In this document: positions 56,829 to 64,000 of the stretch, one piece after another | How positions within the stretch are numbered: position 1 is the stretch's first letter | Layout of the letters: every line of letters begins with the position of its first letter | DNA from: Octopus sinensis | Taxonomy: Eukaryota | Assembly (NCBI RefSeq): GCF_006345805.1 | Contig: NC_042999.1 | Location: 72,044,001 to 72,108,000, forward strand | Reading direction: 5' to 3' | DNA: 64,000 bases | Position numbers and translations under genes: made by a program | Notes under the pieces: generated by a model | What the model was told of the DNA's origin: nothing | Database searches by the model: none | What the model saw: the letters and a program-made list of their open reading frames with translations, nothing else

Positions 56829-57490
56829 ATATATATGTATGTGTTTGTAATTCTCCGTCATCAGCCGATACCAAAAAGAGTCACTTACGAAAGAAAATTG
56901 ACATTTTACATATTATAAATCCGTAAAGCAGAACTGGATGAACAGCCGAAATGTCTACAATTCGAATACATCCTTTCTATATGTAAAACTATTATAACAC
57001 TACTAGGAATAGACGTTTTCAGTTGAAGTAAAGGACGGACGCATACATTGATTATACGCTTATACGCAAATATATTTCGCAAATAAAATCAAAATGAGGT
57101 AAGAGGAAGAAAAAATGTTGAGAACGACAATAATAATTATAATAGGCTGGCCTAAGTCAGAAGACCTACAAAATAAAAACAACTTACATGCGTAAACATA
57201 TGAGTCCGTGTAAATGTGTGTATGTATGTGTGTGGTGTGTGTGTGTGTATGTGTATGTGTGTATGTGTGTGTGTGTGTAAATAAATTTATTTAAAAATTA
57301 CATAAGGTTTTCTATCTTTTCGCTATACCTTTACGCACTTTGAAAAAAATCTTATTCTCCTGAGAATATATATATATATATACAAACACACGCATACATA
57401 CACAAACATGCACACTCATATTAATGTACAAACATATGTGTGTTTTTCATTTAACATATATAATTTATTTTCTAGGGTATTATTGCTTTC

Positions 57491-57551
<61 letters not shown>

Positions 57552-58016
57552 GTGTGTGTGCGTGTGTGTATTTGTTTGTGTGTGTGTAGAGTGAATTAGG
57601 TCATATAACCCTGTGTTATTCCATTAAGTACCTCCACATATATCAGCAATCAGAGAATTGAATAGTTGAGAACATTTTCACTCTACCACCGGAATTATCT
57701 AATAACCCACAAATATCCATACAATATTGATAATGACAAATATCAAACAATGGATTTTGCAAGTTATTATAATTCTATATTCAAAATCAATATAATCAAT
57801 CTTGCGCAAGTAGCAACGTTTCCGGTAACGATTAATTGAATTTCATTATCTACATAGGATGTCTCTTATAGCAGATGTTAAACGAGATGCCTCCCAATTC
57901 TGTAAAAATTATATTGCTGAATGGTTAAGGAGTGTGATTATATTGTGTAATGATGAAACGATTGTAAATTGAGCAGTAAAATAACTTGGTAATTCCATTC
58001 TTTGATATTTTTCGTT

Positions 58017-58063
<47 letters not shown>

Positions 58064-58121
58064 CATATATGTATATGTGTATATATATATACATATACAT
58101 ATACATATATGTATGTGTGTG

Positions 58122-58184
<63 letters not shown>

Positions 58185-58871
58185 TATTTGAGTAGTTGAA
58201 TGAATTATCTTATTAAGGATAATTCGAAAGATAACCGATACCTGGGTAGCAAAATTCAGATCAGAAAGAACACGGTTGAAGCTACGTCCCTAGGGCATAG
58301 ACTACGTGTCTTCGTGCGGAAATTTGTATGTTTATTTTAAAATTATAAGTATATGAAAGCATTCACCCCAATAGTCAAAAAGATTTTCTTATATTCCCAA
58401 TTACTACTATCCATTCTTGCGTTGCCTCTCACCTCGCCCGATTCTTTCTCCCTTTCGCTATCTACTTTCCTTTCTCTACAGTAAATGTAATCGAACACAC
58501 AGACACAGACCTCTCACCTCACAGCTGTCAGTTTTCTGACATCTACCCATCCACAAACACAATCACGCATTCAGACACACACATACACACATTAAGACAG
58601 TTATATACAGTCACACACACAGGCACTCATTCATAAAAGAAATCATTTAAACCCACCATTCTTTTGACCTGCACTCTCTCACCTTACTATTCTTATGCCT
58701 CCCTCCTCCTACTTCGTTTGAACCCTTGAACCTTTAGAACCTTCTAGATTCTTCTACATTCAGCCACTCTGACGTCACTCCTTATAAAGAGACACTCATT
58801 ATCGCCATGGGCTCCTTGAGAGCGGTCAGCTAAAAGTTTTTGTGCATTTTGATGTCGACATAAGTTCCTTG

Positions 58872-58956
58872 ATTTTCCTGATGAGAAATCTGCATAATGT
58901 ATTCCTTATTCCTTCGGAATTAGGAATGTGCAGCCTTCGAAACATATGTCGAGAAT
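58872..58956 (+). ncRNA. Type I hammerhead ribozyme
   Basis: ATTTTC-CTGATGA (58878-58884)-GAA..CTGCAT...GTGCAG..TTC-GAAA (58939-58942)-CATATG-TC^GAGAAT. Palindromic stem III. Confidence 0.8.
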
Positions 58957-59008
58957 AAAGGATATTTGTTAACTAGTCGTTCAACTCCATTCTTTCATAT
59001 ACTTATAA

Positions 59009-59083
<75 letters not shown>

Positions 59084-59151
59084 TATATATATTATTAGTG
59101 AATTGAAGAAATGGAGTTGAACGAAGATTGAACAGAAATCGTTTTATTGCA

Positions 59152-59231
59152 TTCTACACGTGTTTCGAAAGCCACAATTTACCAAATTCCGATTGAATAA
59201 GGAGACCATATTGTGTCTTTCTCTTCAGGAA
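59152..59231 (-). ncRNA. Type I hammerhead ribozyme
   Basis: Minus strand reads TTC-CTGAAGA-GAAAG a CACAAT...ATTGTG g CTTTC-GAAA-CACGTG-TA^GAA. Palindromic stem III. Confidence 0.75.
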
Positions 59232-59910
59232 GAAATATGAAATCCGTTGGCAAAAACAAAAACAGAACAGAGGCGCAGCAAAACAAATCGAACGAGGCTC
59301 CTAAGTGTATATATATATATACACTTACATATACCTACATATACCTATTTATATGGGCAGATATATTGTATATATATATATATACAGAGTCATACGTGTA
59401 TTCTCAGGATAGACTATCTTGTTTACTAGGGCCACACGTGCTTAAAGATGTATGCTTTTGTTTCTCCATCGTCAGCGAATAACAGAAAAATTAATATGAG
59501 GAATCTAATTTTAAACTTTCGATAAAAACATAAAGCGGTAGCCTAAAAATTTGCAAACAGCCGAATTACCTATAATTCAAGAATATTCTCTCAGCACTTC
59601 CTATATTTACAATCAATATCCCATTACTGTAGATGCTGATAATAAATATAAAATTACACACGCGCGCCCGCTCTATGTGTCTATCTATCTATTTAACTAT
59701 ATATATATATATATATAGCACTCTGTATCTCTTTTTCATAGACTTAATCACACATATCACGATAAAAAATAATGAAAATATTTGTTTTTATATAAAGATG
59801 TAATAGATTGTTCTAAGTAGATCAGTATATTCAGGTTCACAGCGATAATGTAATAATATATAAATGTGGACAAGTGATAATTCACTGGGATAGATAGATA
59901 GATAGATAGA

Positions 59911-59980
<70 letters not shown>

Positions 59981-59981
<1 letters not shown>

Positions 59982-61377
59982 TGTTTCTTTATTAGCCACA
60001 CAGGGCTGCACACAGATAGAACAAATTACAAGGTAGAGCTTTTCTTTTGAAGGTAAAAAAAAGGGGGGTCGATCAAAAGGGATCGTATAAGGAGAGAAAG
60101 AGGACAAAAAAAGGGGGGTTAAAAAAAAAGGGGAGACGGAAAAAAATTTGATCAATAGGGATCGTTATCACAGAAATGTCAATATGAAGTGTAAAGGGGA
60201 GGACAGGTGAGGTTTACCCGTGGAAAGAAAAGCCTACGGAAAAGACCACGGTAACCTCGGTCAATGAAGTCACATGTTATATTTCTTTTTTTTTTTTTTT
60301 TTTTGCAAATAAGCAACTCTCTGTATTAATTTTTACGGTTCATAGAATCATAGTCAAGGTGGCTTCGTCATTCATACGTGCCATCCTTGCTACATTCACC
60401 CATCTTTTTTTAAAACATTCACTAGACAAAACTTGCCTCTCTACTCTCACTTTTTTCTTCAAGTGATACTTGAAGAAGTTGATGAGAGATTGACCAGAGA
60501 GGAAAGTGTTTGTCTCTAATCCTTTCAGACGCGTCCACCAGATACATTCTTTCGCCATAGCCACAAGTATGATAAAAATAGCTCTTCCTTCCCGTTTGAA
60601 GGAAGGAGGCGTGACGATATTAACGATAGACTCGGCTGATAAACCGACACGTTCCACACGTGACAGCAGTCGTTCGACATAAGCTCACAGGTGGGAAATT
60701 GCTGGACACTGCACGATTGCGTGCAGAGCGGTTTCGTCGCTCTGACCGCATCTCGGGCAGGTCGGCCCCGTGTTTCTCGAGCCATGCCTATAGAGCTTAT
60801 CCCGAACGGGTAGCGCTTCTCGGTAGCACCGCCAGGCCAGGGATCTCTGGAAGTTGTCCATAGGTCCCGGGCCGAAAGTCGTTTGAATCAGGCGGGTCAG
60901 GTATTCCTCGTCGACGCCCAGGTTTGCCCCGAGCTCGTCGTCGTACCTCCCCTCCACTAATCCCCTATAGAATGCTTTGGTTGTGTTGAAGTCACTCAAG
61001 GTCGACCCGGGACGGCAGAGTTGCTTGAGAGCAACGCGACACTCGCGGTGCCATTCGCCCTTCCTCGGCCTCTTTTTGATCCACGACTGTAGTTCGGTCA
61101 TGGAGACGAGTTGCGGGAATGCGTGCCTCACAAACGGCGACCACACCTGTTCACCGTCGTCTACATAGAGCCGGAGATGTCGCAGTCTCAGCGCGTGTCT
61201 GCGCATCATCAACCACGGCATGCCCAGCCCTCCTTTTAACGGGTGTTGACAGCAAATGGATCGCCTGACCATCGGGACGCATCCTTTCCACAAGAAGCGG
61301 AAGAGGATGCGTTCTAGTTTGGTGATGGTAGGGTCGGGACAAGGTACGACGGTCAGGCGGTAGTAGATGATGGACGC
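59981..61377 (-). mobile_element. 5'-truncated Tx1-like (L1 clade) LINE inserted in (GATA)n
   Basis: [12 protein letters not shown]...LFRFLWKG...GGLGMP and the zinc knuckle CPRCGQSDETALHAIVQC. One TGG>TGA stop at 60685, with the frame continuing to 60340. 3' UTR ends in AATAAAGAAAC. GATA tracts at 59889-59980 and 61378-61540. Confidence 0.85.
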
Positions 61378-61476
<99 letters not shown>

Positions 61477-61496
61477 AAAAGATTAGATAGATAGAT

Positions 61497-61540
<44 letters not shown>

Positions 61541-63743
61541 CTTCCTGCGTATCTTCGTCATGAATGATTGACAAAAGCATGTATATATACACCCAAGATG
61601 ATATATATCTATGCTTGGAGGCATATATATAAAGTTAATTTCATTGACCCTGTACACACACTCACACATACGCGTGTGTGCGTGCGTGTATGTGTGTGCA
61701 TACGTGTATGTGTGTGTGTGTGCTTGCGTACGTGTGTGCGTGCATATCAATTGCCGTAATTTTCGTAGTGTTTTATCATCTACTATTATATTATCGTACT
61801 GAATATGAAATTATTTTTCTATAGTGAGTTCTTTGCTGAAGCTTTATACACAGATATTCATTATATTTGGGATACATATCTCTAATCAATGCGAGAATGT
61901 AAGGAATGGAAAAGGTAAATAAAGACTACACATGTTTCATTGCTAAAACTACATTTGTAAAATAAATTGTAAAACACATAAAACCTGCTAGCTAATCGTC
62001 AGGTTCTTATTCTTTAAAGTTAACATTCTCACGTAGAGATGAGTAAATGATTCAGTTTAACCGCAGCGGAAATGACAAATTGAAAACAAATCAGATGACC
62101 AATGAAATTAATTGTGGATAAATAAATCACCCTAAAAGGAAACAAAGTGGTTTGTTTACAGATGTCATTTAATCGAAGGAGAAAGATGCTAGGTAGATGG
62201 GTAGAGGACGTGGGTAAATTAAAGATAATGACAGGTAAGTGTCTCAGTCGTGTTAGTAAAATTCCTTCACACTTTGGCGTCGGAGAGATAGTAGGAGGTA
62301 AAAAGCCCATAGAGTACGGAGTTGAGCGATAATTCTTGACCGCTTTCTGTATTTATTTTATTTTCCCTTCAAGTCGTAATTTTATTATTAATATCCGAAA
62401 GTGAAACACTCTATATTGAGCATGCACAGAGAACACATTCGAATCTGATTTGACCTTTTTTACGACAGTTTACGGTACTTTATGCATTTGCTATATGTAT
62501 AATATTTCTGCTATCGGAGTGTTTCTGCAGCGCATGGAGATTTTATACATTTCTAATCACTAAGCTTTTAGAACGCTAAAGTAAAAGTTTTAAACGTAGA
62601 AAGGACGTATTTGAGTGGTAAATAAAGCGACTATTTCTGACATTTTGCGGCACTACTTACCTATTTTTCCGGTGCTCATTTTGATGCGAGTCTTCTGCAC
62701 CTGAAACCGATGGAAGCACCAAAGCACATATTCCTAACTGTTATGCACCTGGGTTCTCTTGTTTCAAGAATATAACTTTATTTTTTAGTTCTTACTGATT
62801 AGGCCAGTTCTGTATGTTATGTTATTGCTCTAATTGTTCTCAACTTAAATTTTATTTATCTTCATACAACACACTACTAAAGATTTAATCAAAAGAATAT
62901 CTTTGTTATATTTATAGGGTATATCAACAACCAATATGTGGAAATGTCTGTGTGCATCTGCATGCATGTATTTACATGCTCGTATGTATGTGTGTTTCTG
63001 GGTATGTAAGCAACTGTATATATTTATGTATTATTCATATGCTTGCTCCAATTATATCTCAAAACAAAATATTTCTTTATTTCTTTTAAATTTGCCAATT
63101 TTGTAAGTTTTGAATCATATACAAAGACATTGAGACTGTCAAAATATGTTTATATCATTGTCTTATGAAAGAGAAAACGTCACTACAGATAAACGCAATC
63201 ATAAATAAAAAAAAGGAAGAAACAAATATATATATAAATCAGGTACATTCATAACAGCAATCCGAGCAGGAAGGACAGAAAAAACAATCACAGTATCATT
63301 AGTAATTGTGAATTTTCCGTTTCAGCTGCTTCATTATTATCATTAAAACTGTGTAAAAACTTTTTGAAGTCTCATTTTGTTTATCGCCTACTTTAACAAT
63401 ACAGGCCATTGCTAACTGATATGTTGCTATGAAACTTTATATCCTTAGTTCAAAACCTACTTGAGTTCACTTTCCTTTCTGTTTTTTCTCTGTTTTCAGT
63501 GTTGATATAATTCCGTAGGCAAAATATAAATAAAACATTACAAGCTCTCCGCACATGTAAATGTAAATATAAACCAGTCATATACTGTAACCAATTAAAA
63601 GTTTTACTACATTCCTCAAAATGTATACCATTTTGTTTGATCTAGATCAATAATTTAAACTTCTAGCATGTTGACTGTGATAACCAGTATGGTGATGACA
63701 AATATGTTTTGCAAAGACTGACAAAAAAGAAAACATAACAATA

Positions 63744-63932
63744 ATTATCCTTTCTACTGTAGGCACGAGGCCTGACATCTGGAGGAGGAGTTAGTCGGTT
63801 ACATCGATCCCTGAGCCAACTGGTACTTATTTCGTCAATCCAGAAAAGATGAAAGGCTAAGATGACCTTGGCGGAATTTGAGCTCAGAGCGTAAGACATG
63901 ATGCTAAGCATTTTGTCCGGCATACTAACGAT
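63744..63932 (-). mobile_element. tRNA-derived SINE (family A); tail of another copy at 63938-64000
   Basis: Family motifs. The second copy is cut by the window edge. Confidence 0.75.
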
Positions 63933-64000
63933 ACTTATTTCTTTATTGCACACAAGGGGCTAAACATAGAGGGGACAAAGAAGGACAGACAAACGGATTA

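Noticed and set aside
56850-56960. CTGATGA on the minus strand and ccgaaatgtc on the plus strand
   Set aside because: The two half-motifs are on opposite strands and no complete fold exists.

Overview
This is AT-rich animal genomic DNA, dense in microsatellites and repeats. The SINE and repeat content suggests a coleoid cephalopod such as Octopus (inference). The only host gene is the 3' part of a GRL101-like LDLa/LRR class A GPCR on the + strand. I reconstructed four spliced exons with matching phases: 32676-32917, 35626-36040, 39060-39228 and 55454-55683. The upstream exons were not found in the window. The rest is mobile DNA: an R4/Dong RLE-LINE nest in (TAA)n, a nearly intact CR1-like LINE, a Tx1-like LINE inside (GATA)n, Penelope-like (GIY-YIG) fragments, RTE, mariner and pogo remnants, many tRNA-derived SINEs, a 335-bp palindrome and a 4.5-kb inverted duplication. 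The main finding is a head-to-tail array of three ~486-bp non-coding units at 13716-15196. Each unit carries a complete type I hammerhead ribozyme plus several further helices, which is the architecture of a non-LTR retrozyme (circular RNA retroelement). Six more hammerhead or hammerhead-like motifs sit in Penelope-like terminal repeats. All structures were folded by eye, not computed. Most short ORFs in the track are microsatellite artefacts.
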